From Penicillus capitatus (taxonomy: Eukaryota > Plantae > Chlorophyta): a stretch of 64,000 bases of DNA. The stretch covers positions 1,973,288-2,037,287 of the forward strand of contig OZ287695.1 in the NCBI GenBank assembly GCA_965649825.1, given 5' to 3'. The notes below the pieces were generated by a model that worked only from the letters and a program-made list of their open reading frames with translations, was not told where the DNA came from and did not search any database. Positions 1-9,779 of the stretch are shown here, piece after piece. The first letter of the stretch is position 1; each line of letters begins with the position of its first letter. Both the position numbers and the translations under genes were made by a program.

Positions 1-1297
1 ACCCTCTTGTACACGAGTGCGCCGGGGAGCACGTTCGGCGTCTGAGCATCTTGCTCTCTCGTGGTCCGAGCACGATTGACCGGTTCAACGGCACCTGTAG
101 CCGTTCTTCGGTGATTCTCGGTAGATAATCGACTTTTTCGGTGCAGCGGCATATCTTCTCATGCGCGATCTCATTGGCCGCCCTTTTGTCGGCTTTCGGT
201 CCTGTGAGTGGCATTTGACCCGTCGCCTCTGATGCTGATAGATCTGTCGTGGGATGCGCGGAGATCTTATTGTCGATCATCGCGCGCATGCACAGTAGTA
301 GATCGTAGCCGTGCCTCGGTAGTACGAGGCAACTCATGGAGAATTGTTGGTCGGAGGATTGCGCCAGGGCTGCCTGGAAGTCGCATCGTCCGGTGACCTT
401 CGCGGTCTCTCCATGGGCCAACAGCAGACGGGTCTCGTCTGGCCTGACCTTCACTCCCAGTTCTTTCGCTCGTGCCGGGGATACAATGGAGGACTCGGCG
501 CCAAAATCAACTAAAGCGTTAATATGGCGTGGATATCCCAAATGGCTCGGGGAGATGAGACCCAGTTTTAAAACTCTCCTGGTCTTGGTGACCGCTCTAA
601 CGGTGTGTGCGAACTGCACATCCTGTTCCGTTGGGTCTTCTTCTGTCTCGCTAATGGTCTCGCAGACGTGTGCTTCGTTTCCTTTCGGCAGAGACTTCTC
701 TGCGGCGAAGGCACGACGCCCATTCCATTCCTCGACTGGCCTGCTGCTCTTCGTGGCCTTGTCGATGCATTGCTCGAATTGTTGATCTTTTGTAAGAACT
801 TCAGCATGTTGAGCGCCTCTCGTCTAGAGGTTCTGCAGATTTCCCTGGCTCCGATCATGACGCTTCCAGCGTTAGAGATCGCTGAAAAGTTGATCGAGCC
901 GTCGTTGCCGATCACTCTTCCGTCGGCGGCAAAGTTGACCAATGGCGTCGTCGCCACATCGGGGTCAATGGGATCATGATCTGCGTCCGTTCGCGTCAAC
1001 ATGCTCGACTCCCAGAAGCTAGCGTTCTTGAGGACAGTGGTCATGTCCTCAGTTTTGAGGCGCAGAACCTCGTCGGCAAAAATAGTGCAAACTATGGCCG
1101 CGGGTCCGGCAAAAGGCCTCATTGAATGCTGCCTGCGTTCGAAAGCGCGGTCCGACTCGCTCGAGGACCCGCTGTATCAGATCGAAGGCAGGCGATCTGG
1201 GCTCCACACTTTGAACCACGTACTTAATCCGAGGGCGGTAATCGTCCTCGACGAAGGCTGCCGAGTTGAGAAGGGACGTGAACTCCTCACAGTCCAT
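1..1297 (-). pseudogene. Frameshifted gag-protease of the LTR element
   Basis: Three frames must be joined (1297-~1120, ~1120-~790, ~790-1); protease motif reads DFG (508-500) instead of DTG/DSG. Confidence 0.6.
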
Positions 1298-1325
1298 CTT
1301 CGAAAGTCGCCGCTCCGAAACCAAT

Positions 1326-1558
1326 TGACATGGGCAAGTACGTGACGGTGGTAGACGCAACAAAGTTTCTTACAAAGATAATCAATGTGACAATAATCCC
1401 CTTTTTATAGTGTTGGGTTTCATAGGTGCTGAGTAGGTGCCGGGTAGGTTCTGGGTAGGTTCTGATGTGGCCATTATGAGCTGTTTGGCCATCAGTGCCT
1501 CTTACGATGATGAGGCATTTATTGGACCATCATCCTTCAGCTCTTCATCATCATGACA
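1326..1558 (-). repeat. Putative 5' LTR (~233 bp)
   Basis: Minus strand TGTCATG...CATGTCA termini, internal TATAAAAAGGGG, followed by a 2-nt spacer and the PBS; the partner LTR is not in the window. Confidence 0.5.
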
Positions 1559-3163
1559 CCGCTTAGCTAAAGAGGTCTATGCGCAAATGATGCCCGCAAG
1601 CATGGTTCAACGCCCGAACCTTTACAAGAAACGTCTAGATTCTCTCTTTTCCCGAGGCCTGTCATCCAGAAGGCACCACGAGTTACATGCTAATGGACTG
1701 CTCTTTTTCTTACTTGTAGACGGATCTGAACACAGACGTGCGGGTGTCCACCAGCTCTCCTGCGATGGCGTCGTATGAGAGAGTGTAGATAATAGAACTC
1801 ACAGGGTTTTCACGAGTTCCCGCTGACTTTAGAAACCTCAAAATAGAGAGAGCACAACATTCAGCCAGTCGCAATTCGACAGCGGAAGAACTCGACGTAG
1901 TCATGTCATAGTGTACTGGCCTCTGCCGGATCTATACCTCGGCGGTCTTTTATTCTCAGTCGGAGAGTCCAACGCAGCACCCACGATTGGATGATGGATG
2001 ATCACCTCGGATGCTCGATCCTTCAAGAGAAACAGAATCGAGCTCGATGCACACGCCTGGACTTCATGCTTACATCGAGGAAATGGTCTTCTCAGGCATC
2101 TCTGCAGTCGCAGCGCATCCAATGAGGTAGAACTTCTGACAGGTCAAGCAATAGCCGTCGATGGTGTCGGCTGATAGGAAAGAAACTTCGGGGTTGATGA
2201 GGGATAGCAATCGAAGATCATCGAGGACGTGCATAGAGTGACATCGCCCATCGTAAGACGTTCATTTGAGAAGCGAATGAGATAAGTCTTCTGACCTTCT
2301 GTCGTCCTCATCTTCTGCCACACCACATGTGTTCCGTTCACTGCATCGAATAAGAATACGATCGCTTGAGAAGTCGATCTCTGTTAACCTGTGGGCCAGA
2401 ACGTATAGAATACCCAAAGTCCCTGATGAAATGTACGACAAAAAGTATAGCAGAACTGGCAAATGCGGCGCCTACCTATTCACGAGCATCCTCCCAGATC
2501 AGATAAACAAGAAGCTCCTCTGCTCCCCAGCGCATGATCGGAAACAGGTCTATCGACTCAGCGTCCGACACTTCGACACAAACACATAGTCTTCTGACAT
2601 CGCCACTGATCTCTCTGGGTGCGGGAGTCTCCACTCAGATACTGTTGGCAACCGCCACTCGTCAACCCTAACTGCAGCGGCATCAAAACGTCCTCTCGCG
2701 CGTCCTTCGGCTCACTCGAGTTTGCGAACTCTCCTGCGGTTTCTGCTCTTTCTGCGGTTTCTGTGCCTTGTACGAACGTTGCTCTCGCGATGGCTTCTTC
2801 CGATTCTGTGGCGTCCTCTCCGTCTCTGGCTCCGTCTCTCGCCTACTCTCCCTCCCTGGCTGAGTCCGTGGCATCCTCGCCTTCAATGGCTCCGACACCA
2901 GTGCCCCCGGTCCTTCCGAGGAACGTCTAGAAGCGGATGGTGAACAAGGCGTCCCGTCAAACAGAAACGAAGAGGCACAGCCCGAAGCAAGAGAAGAACA
3001 CATTCGACCGCACGGCCACACCGACTTCGTCGTTTTCGACCCGAGTGATCTCGCGGCTGCTGGTCCATCGGACGCATCAATTGACGGAGGCCGATCCAGT
3101 CCGCCCGACGACGAGAATCCCAGCGACCCAGCCGGCGACGACCCCGAGGAAGGCCACACCTCC

Positions 3164-4446
3164 CGCTCGGATGCACCCGGAACCGGGCCACGGTGATGTG
3201 ACGTGTTCGGTGTAACAGGTTACACTGCTCGCGCGGCTCGCGCGGTTACACCTAGGTGTAACCTGTTACACCGAACACGCCCCGCCGACGACTTCGGCCG
3301 AAGACCTTCGGGGAACGCCACGGACGGTCGCCGGCCGTTTGCACGCCTCTCGGCGACCACCGCGGGCCTCTGTGGATGTCCGCGGCGTTCCTTTCGCTCG
3401 GATGCACCCGGAACCGGGCCACGGTGATGTGACGTGTTCGGTGTAACAGGTTACACTGCTCGCGCGGCTCGCGCGGTTACACCTAGGTGTAACCTGTTAC
3501 ACCGAACACGCCCCGCCGACGACTTCGGCCGAAGACCTTCGGGGAACGCCACGGACGGTCGACGGCCGCCTGCACGCCTCTCGGCGACCACCGCGGGCCT
3601 CTGTGGATGTCCGCGGCGTTCCTTTCGCTCGGATGCACCCGGAACCGGGCCACGGTGATGTGACGTGTTCGGTGTAACAGGTTACACTGCTCGCGCGGCT
3701 CGCGCGGTTACACCTAGGTGTAACCTGTTACACCGAACACGCCCCGCCGACGACTTCGGCCGAAGACCTTCGGGGAACGCCACGGACGGTCGACGGCCGC
3801 TTGCACGCCTCTCGGCGACCACCGCGGGCCTCTGTGGATGTCCGCGGCGTTCCTTTCGCTCGGATGCACCCGGAACCGGGCCACGGTGATGTGACGTGTT
3901 CGGTGTAACAGGTTACACTGCTCGCGCGGCTCGCGCGGTTACACCTAGGTGTAACCTGTTACACCGAACACGCCCCGCCGACGACTTCGGCCGAAGACCT
4001 TCGGGGAACGCCGCGGACGGTCGACGGCCGCTTGCACGCCTCTCGGCGACCACCGCGGGCCTCTGTGGATGTCCGCGGCGTTCCTTTCGCTCGGATGCAC
4101 CCGGAACCGGGCCACGGTGATGTGACGTGTTCGGTGTAACAGGTTACACTGCTCGCGCGGCTCGCGCGGTTACACCTAGGTGTAACCTGTTACACCGAAC
4201 ACGCCCCGCCGACGACTTCGGCCGAAGACCTTCGGGGAACGCCGCGGACGGTCGACGGCCGCTTGCACGCCTCTCGGCGACCACCGCGGGCCTCTGTGGA
4301 TGTCCGCGGCGTTCCTTTCGCTCGGATGCACCCGGAACCGGGCCACGGTGATGTGACGTGTTCGGTGTAACAGGTTACACTGCTCGCGCGGCTCGCGCGG
4401 TTACACCTAGGTGTAACCTGTTACACCGAACACGCCCCGCCGACGA
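3164..4446. repeat. 231-bp tandem repeat array, block 1 (5 units + 128 bp)
   Basis: Unit starts (cgctcggatgcacc) at 3164, 3395, 3626, 3857, 4088, 4319; units differ only at a few variable positions near one site. Confidence 0.97.
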
Positions 4447-4628
4447 GAGAGAAGTTCATTAAACCAGGAGGGGCGTCGCCTGTGGCATGTTGCCCTAGGT
4501 CTCCTGGGGTAGTACAATGTCCCATACTGTTTTGCTTTCAAACAAGGGGTATGAACTTGATGTCCTTTCGAGTCCTATCGGTGTTTGTTGTTTGTTGTTT
4601 TTGCAGGTGCTTGAGGGTGTCTTTCGCT

Positions 4629-7600
4629 CTATGGTTGTGGTCCTCGTTCGAGAGCTTGATATATTATCTTGCAGTATTCGTCGAGTCTGTAGTACAGATT
4701 GGCTTCTTGAACAAATGTTCCTAGGTCTTCGATTGTGACTTGTTCGTGTAAAAATATCTGTTGTCGTTGTTGTTTTAGTGCTTCACATCGGAACATGTGA
4801 TCTCGGGTTTCTGAGTGCTTGCCACATAGTCTGCAACTTATGTCTTCTTTTTCGTGTCCTCTTCTTTGTAGATATTCTCGTGTCGGTGAGTGTCCCGATA
4901 GTATTTGGTTTATGCGGGATACTGCTGGTCGCTTCCAGTCTGTTGACGAGAACCATGGTTTCATTCTGGTGTGACGGGTCCATCCTGTGCGTTTTAAGTC
5001 TTGAGATTTATCTGCTGTCTTCCATAATCTGTCCGTACGGTCTTCGATGTATTTTTGTATGATGTCCTTGTATCCTTCGTCTTCTATTAGGCATTTGACT
5101 TCTCGGTCTTCCTTTCTGGTATGGTGTCTGGGTTGTTGTTCTTCGTGCGTCTTATTTGGTATGCGTCTGAGTTCGGCTCGGAGGAGGTTGATCGGGGTGC
5201 AGTGTGCTTCGGCAGTCGCTGGCTTGTGTGGTTCTTCTTGTCTTCTGAGTGTTGTCGGTGCAGTTTTGAGTAGGGTCCAGAGTGTGAGGTCGCTGGGAGG
5301 TGTTATATGTGCGAGGGCAGTGGCTGTTTCGGCGGAGGTGGTGCGGTTGAGTCCTGTAATTGCGAGGCTTGCCAGTCTTGCGATGCGGTCTAATCTTCTA
5401 CTGTCGCTTTGACTGTTTAAGCGGGTGATCCATATTTCTGCTCCATATTGTATGATGGGTTGGATGCAAGATTGATACAGGGTTCTGATTATGATCGGCG
5501 CCGTTCCCCAGAATGTTCTTGAAAGTCTTCTGATGGTATTCAGTCGGTGTCCGGCCTTAGTTGTCAGCTTGTTCATGTGGCTGGTAAATGTCATGCGGCT
5601 GTCAAAGATGATTCCGAGGTATTTCATTTCTTCGACTGGGTTGATCGTCGTTCCCTTTATCACGAGTGTCGGGCTCGTTTGGTCTCTGTTTCTCTGGAAT
5701 ATGACGAGCTGGGTTTTATCAATATTGAGCTTCATGTGGTTATTGTCACACCACTGCTCAAAGCCGTTTAGTGCTCGCTGTATGTCCGCTGTGTTGTTGT
5801 CCCGTTGTAACGTTTGATAAAGTAGTACGTCATCCGCATACATTTGTACATGGACGTTCTCTGGGATGTGTACTGGTATATCAGCTGCGTAGAGTGCGTA
5901 TAGTATGGGGCTCAAAGGTGATCCCTGGGGTAGTCCTCGGCTTGGTGTATAGTGATGTCGCTGTTCTTGTATGATTATGTGATTGGTTCGGTTTTCGAGG
6001 AGAGATTGAATTATATGTATTTTGTCTCGGGGCATGTGCCATTTCTTCAGCTTCGATTGTAAGATCTGCGGGCTGACTCTGTCGTATGCACTAGAGAGGT
6101 CCAGACTGATCCCCATTGTCCTCTGTCGAGTATTTAGTGATGTCCAGATCGTGTGGGTGTAGTGCCAAAGTGGGTGTCTTGTGCTTCTCCCCTTGCGAAA
6201 TCCGTGCTGGCTTTCTGGGAGTATGTGATTCGTCTCTGCCCATAGACTGACTTCGTGGGCGATCATGCCTTCGAGGATCTTGGACATCGTTGGCAGTAGT
6301 GTGATCGGGCGGTAGTGTGCAGGTTCTTCTCCTGATTTGCCCGGTTTGAGTATGTTGCAGATTATTCCTTTCTTCCACTGGCTTGGGTAGTGCCCGGTTC
6401 GGGCGATGGCGTTGTATATTCTTGCCAGCGGGTTAGCCAGGACCATCGCGTTCGCTCGTAGTGCGATGAAAGGTATGTCATCGTGTCCCGGTGCTGTTTG
6501 TCTGCGTTTTCTTAAGAGCTCAAATGCTACTTGTGTTCTGGTTGTGAAGTCTCGTTCTTGGTCTGGCCCTTGTTGCTGGGTGTTGTCTGGGCTGTCCACG
6601 GGGCTTCTCGGGCGGGAGTGTCTTGTGTGATTATCGTCTGTGTTTTCGTTTATGTCTTCTGGGAAATAGTGCTCCGCCAGTGCATTTGCGATCAGTTCCG
6701 GTTCCGTCTGGAATTGTCCTCTGATTTTCAGTCGTGTGATGGCTGTTCTCTTCTTCTTTCCCTCTAGTCTTCTAAGGGCTTCCCAGCAGGTGTCCAGAGT
6801 CGTTTCTTCAGTGAATTTCTGGAAGGATTGTAGTTTCTTTGTTTGTATCATTCTTTTCCACTCCGCTTTCTTTTCCTCATGTTGTGGTGTGTTCTTGGGT
6901 GTGTTTTTCAGCTCAGAATATTTCGCTCGGGCTTCAGTATCGAACCATGTTTTGCGGTATGGACTGGGTTTTGATTGCGGTACGCAGAGTCGCATGGTGG
7001 CTTGTATGGCGTTTGTGAGGAGGAGTACTTGTCTATCGATTTCGTCTGGGGTTTCAAGGTCCGAGGGTTGTATCGCCTGGATGAACATGTTGAGTATTTC
7101 TTTGAACTCCTTCCAGTCAGTTTGTCTCCAATTCCACGTTGCCTTCTCCTGGAGCTCTTGTCGTCCGGTGTGTATCTCAAATGTGATCAAGTTATGGTCA
7201 CTGGACGGAATTACTTCTGGTAGGACTCTCCATTGTTGTATTCTTTCGGCGATTGGCATGGATGCAGCTGTAATGTCGAGCCATTGCTCGCAGTCGCTGC
7301 CTCGTTGGAAAGTCGGGGCGCTATCTGGCTCGTTGATGATATCGAGGTTTCTCGTTATCAATACTTCTTCTACTGTGTTTCCTTCAGGATTGCTCTGACT
7401 TCGGCCCCACCATCTGGAGTGGGCGTTGGCGTCTCCTCCCGTGAGTATTGTGACATTGTTCCGTTTCGCTTGTTCTATGGATTCTTCCCAGTCTTCGATC
7501 CCTTTCAGGGTAACTGGTTGCAAGTAAAATGAGTTGAGGCGTATCTTGTGTGCTCCTTGGTTTAGTTCTATTGTGGTCGATCTGGTGGCTTGGGTCTCGG

Positions 7601-7865
7601 TCGGTCGGTGTGGCACTGTTTTCCTGATGAGAATGCCAGCTCCACTATCATCTTCTGCGTGTTGGTAGTGCCAGTCGTATCCGAACGGTAGTTGTTTTCC
7701 TCTTCTTAGGCTTTGGGGTGGGTCGCTGATTAATACTGCATCTATCTTGTGCTCGTCTAGGTGAATTTTGAGTTCCTCCCAGGCTGCTGGTGAGCTTGCT
7801 AGGTTTATTTGTCCTACACTGTATTTGTCCTTTGTGGGTGTTCGCGGTGGGGCGTGCTCTTTCAT
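4629..7865 (-). CDS. LINE ORF2: APE endonuclease, reverse transcriptase, C-terminal CCHC (1078 aa)
   Basis: QINLAS, GDANAH, WLDIT, SDH (APE); YRPITLL, QHGFR, DLSSAYD, GLPQGSPLSP, YADD, YLG (RT); CRLC...HMFRC; no RNase H seen. Confidence 0.96.
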   Translation of the reverse strand: MKEHAPPRTPTKDKYSVGQINLASSPAAWEELKIHLDEHKIDAVLISDPPQSLRRGKQLPFGYDWHYQHAEDDSGAGILIRKTVPHRPTETQATRSTTIELNQGAHKIRLNSFYLQPVTLKGIEDWEESIEQAKRNNVTILTGGDANAHSRWWGRSQSNPEGNTVEEVLITRNLDIINEPDSAPTFQRGSDCEQWLDITAASMPIAERIQQWRVLPEVIPSSDHNLITFEIHTGRQELQEKATWNWRQTDWKEFKEILNMFIQAIQPSDLETPDEIDRQVLLLTNAIQATMRLCVPQSKPSPYRKTWFDTEARAKYSELKNTPKNTPQHEEKKAEWKRMIQTKKLQSFQKFTEETTLDTCWEALRRLEGKKKRTAITRLKIRGQFQTEPELIANALAEHYFPEDINENTDDNHTRHSRPRSPVDSPDNTQQQGPDQERDFTTRTQVAFELLRKRRQTAPGHDDIPFIALRANAMVLANPLARIYNAIARTGHYPSQWKKGIICNILKPGKSGEEPAHYRPITLLPTMSKILEGMIAHEVSLWAETNHILPESQHGFRKGRSTRHPLWHYTHTIWTSLNTRQRTMGISLDLSSAYDRVSPQILQSKLKKWHMPRDKIHIIQSLLENRTNHIIIQEQRHHYTPSRGLPQGSPLSPILYALYAADIPVHIPENVHVQMYADDVLLYQTLQRDNNTADIQRALNGFEQWCDNNHMKLNIDKTQLVIFQRNRDQTSPTLVIKGTTINPVEEMKYLGIIFDSRMTFTSHMNKLTTKAGHRLNTIRRLSRTFWGTAPIIIRTLYQSCIQPIIQYGAEIWITRLNSQSDSRRLDRIARLASLAITGLNRTTSAETATALAHITPPSDLTLWTLLKTAPTTLRRQEEPHKPATAEAHCTPINLLRAELRRIPNKTHEEQQPRHHTRKEDREVKCLIEDEGYKDIIQKYIEDRTDRLWKTADKSQDLKRTGWTRHTRMKPWFSSTDWKRPAVSRINQILSGHSPTREYLQRRGHEKEDISCRLCGKHSETRDHMFRCEALKQQRQQIFLHEQVTIEDLGTFVQEANLYYRLDEYCKIIYQALERGPQP

Positions 7866-9763
7866 TGTTGCTTCTGTTCTTGTTCTTGTCTTTCGCGCTG
7901 TTTGCGGATGCGTTCGCTTCTTCTGGGGCCTGGTGTCTGCGTTTCCGGGCTGGGCCGGTCGTGGTGTTGTTGACTAGTTGTTGGTGGGTGGTCTTGTCTC
8001 CATCCCGACAGGTCTTCTAGTCCTTGCTGGATTTCTTCTGAGAGAGCTATGAACGGGTTTTCGGACTCAATGGTTGCAGCCTCTTGTCGTCTTGGTTCTT
8101 CATTGTGTGCTGGCGGCGCCGTTGGCGAGGTGCCTGGTCTTGCTTCTGTGCGGTGTTCGTTTCGTGAAGGTTCCGTGTGTCCTGCTGTCTTTTGCGTTAC
8201 TTGGGTGCCTCCATGTGGGGGAAGCGAGAGGCTTCGTAGCCATTCTGCGTGAGCAGTGTTTGCAGTTGCTCCTGGAGAGGAAGTCCTCGGGGTCTGGTCA
8301 GTGGTCGTGCCAAGATTCGGCTTATCCGGGGTAGCTTCTGTAGTTGATTGATTCTCTTCGGCCGTCAGATCGATGGGCGTCGGGGTCTCCATCCGGCGTC
8401 GCGAAATGCTTGGTTCGGGAGGCTGTTCCGCTTCTCTGCTGGGAGTAATCATTTCGTCTGCCTCTTCCCGTTCTCTTTCTTCTGTGTTTCTTTTGGCTCC
8501 TCTGTTCGTCGAGTCGACTTCCATGGTGCGGTTGCTTGTTTTCCATTTTTCTTGTTGTGCGAATTCTCTGACATAGCAGGGGTATCCCACATATATTCCG
8601 GTCTTCTGAGCCATACGGGTGATGATTTCTGGTGGGCCAACCAATCTTCCGGTGGAGGTGGGTTCAGGAGCACTGCCGTCCACTTTTCTGTGGAATCGCA
8701 CAAAAGTAAGAGTCGCCGTTTGTAACGTTTCTGGCTGTACTCCCAGCCATGTCGCATTTTCCGGGTCTTTTAGTTTCTCCACGACCGCTCTATGTGATAG
8801 GAAGCGGTCTACTCCCTCGACTACCACGCTGGGGACCGATGTGTCTTGATGGCTGGGTTTGGGCTGCCAGCAGCCCAGCATGTGGAGGTCTATCTCAGGG
8901 AAATAGTTGTCCCTGAGATAGGTCATCACGTTTTGGTCTAATTGTAGCAGCATATCTCCAGAGGTGAGCCCCCTCAGGTATTGCACCTGTCCGCCGTGGT
9001 TCTTGGCCCAAGTCGTTAGGGCGTCCTTCATCATGTTGTAGGTGGGGCGCTTGATCGAAGCCGCTTCGATGACGGGCGAGATGAAGACTTGTCTGGCCAT
9101 GTTCTGGTCCTCCGGTGAGCTACGTTTCCACATCTCGCTCATGATTCTTCTTCTTGCTTGTTGCTCTGGGGTTTGTGTTTCGTATGCTGGCTTGGGTCTT
9201 TGCTGTCTTGAGATCATTGTCCAGGGTATTTGTTCTGATGGACTGCTCGGGAAGTAATTGGATTTGGCCACTTCGGCGTACGACACTGTTCTGGTCGTCT
9301 GCTGCATTTGCTGTGCGGTCGACTGGACTCCGGTAGTCGTTCGTTGTTGTTGTTGTAGGAGAGAGGGCAGGGTCGGTTGATAGAGGGGGTTCGCCTGGAC
9401 TGTTGTCGGCCTTACGGTTTGTTGCGCTTCGCGGGACATGTCGCTCTGGCCAATGCCGTAGCCGCCCTCCATGGCTTCGATTAGGTAGAGGGCCGTTTTT
9501 AGGGCGTGGTGGTCGACTCCAGCTTGCTCGAGGGTTGAGAGACACCCATGTATGCGCCTCATCGTCGTCCTGTAAAACCCTCGCTTGTCCGATCTACCGA
9601 GTTTTTCGTCCGCGTCCGTTTGGTCTGCCCAGTCCGAGGCCGTCATCGGCCGTCCAAAGCGCGTCGTTTGCGTCGGTTGTTGAGCGTTTTCGGTCGGGGT
9701 CTCGTTTTGCGCTGCCGCCGCAAAACTCCCGCTGCCTCCAGGTGGAGGTGTAGATGATTGCAT
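7862..9763 (-). CDS. LINE ORF1 (633 aa from first ATG), Gag-like/RRM-like nucleic-acid-binding protein
   Basis: Long ORF upstream of ORF2 with ATGA stop/start overlap; segment PSVVVEGVD...CYVREF resembles R1/I/Jockey ORF1; no CCHC knuckle. Confidence 0.85.
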   Translation of the reverse strand: MQSSTPPPGGSGSFAAAAQNETPTENAQQPTQTTRFGRPMTASDWADQTDADEKLGRSDKRGFYRTTMRRIHGCLSTLEQAGVDHHALKTALYLIEAMEGGYGIGQSDMSREAQQTVRPTTVQANPLYQPTLPSLLQQQQRTTTGVQSTAQQMQQTTRTVSYAEVAKSNYFPSSPSEQIPWTMISRQQRPKPAYETQTPEQQARRRIMSEMWKRSSPEDQNMARQVFISPVIEAASIKRPTYNMMKDALTTWAKNHGGQVQYLRGLTSGDMLLQLDQNVMTYLRDNYFPEIDLHMLGCWQPKPSHQDTSVPSVVVEGVDRFLSHRAVVEKLKDPENATWLGVQPETLQTATLTFVRFHRKVDGSAPEPTSTGRLVGPPEIITRMAQKTGIYVGYPCYVREFAQQEKWKTSNRTMEVDSTNRGAKRNTEEREREEADEMITPSREAEQPPEPSISRRRMETPTPIDLTAEENQSTTEATPDKPNLGTTTDQTPRTSSPGATANTAHAEWLRSLSLPPHGGTQVTQKTAGHTEPSRNEHRTEARPGTSPTAPPAHNEEPRRQEAATIESENPFIALSEEIQQGLEDLSGWRQDHPPTTSQQHHDRPSPETQTPGPRRSERIRKQRERQEQEQKQQ

Positions 9764-9779
9764 TATCGAGAAGGTGCCC

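Larger units (their letters stand above)
1..1558 (-). mobile_element. 5' part of a degenerate Ty3/Gypsy-like LTR retrotransposon (LTR, PBS, gag, protease); continues beyond the window's left edge
   Basis: Minus strand: PBS TGGTTTCGGAGCG (1323-1311) just after a CA end, gag-like start MDCEEF at 1297, two frameshifts, then retropepsin-like ALVDFGAESSIVS...YDLLL and VPLNRSIVLGP, which resembles the post-protease segment of the intact Gypsy at 26.6 kb. Confidence 0.7.
4447..9779 (-). mobile_element. Intact non-LTR retrotransposon (LINE, APE-RT, R1/I-group-like), copy 1
   Basis: ORF1 + ORF2, 182-nt 3' UTR, flanked by CCCCGCCGACGA at 4435-4446 and 9780-9791. Confidence 0.93.

Noticed and set aside
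1587-2600. Short ORFs between the LTR and the array
   Set aside because: Stops in all frames and no motif I can assign
3312-3391. A/G polymorphism in the 14-bp stem as G-U covariation supporting minus-strand RNA structure
   Set aside because: It is a CpG transition explained by deamination, and the flanking G-T extension favours the opposite strand
3164-3394. Monomer as 5S rRNA, tRNA, snRNA, hammerhead or HDV ribozyme
   Set aside because: No 5S/tRNA boxes and no CUGANGA core on either strand; the GCCTCTCGGC segment is too short for an HDV L3. A formal Infernal search is still advisable
3203-3427. Repeated 74-aa ORF (MFGVTGYTARAAR...) in each monomer
   Set aside because: It begins at GTG, lies in palindromic GC-rich DNA and has no recognisable domain; likely a by-product of the repeat
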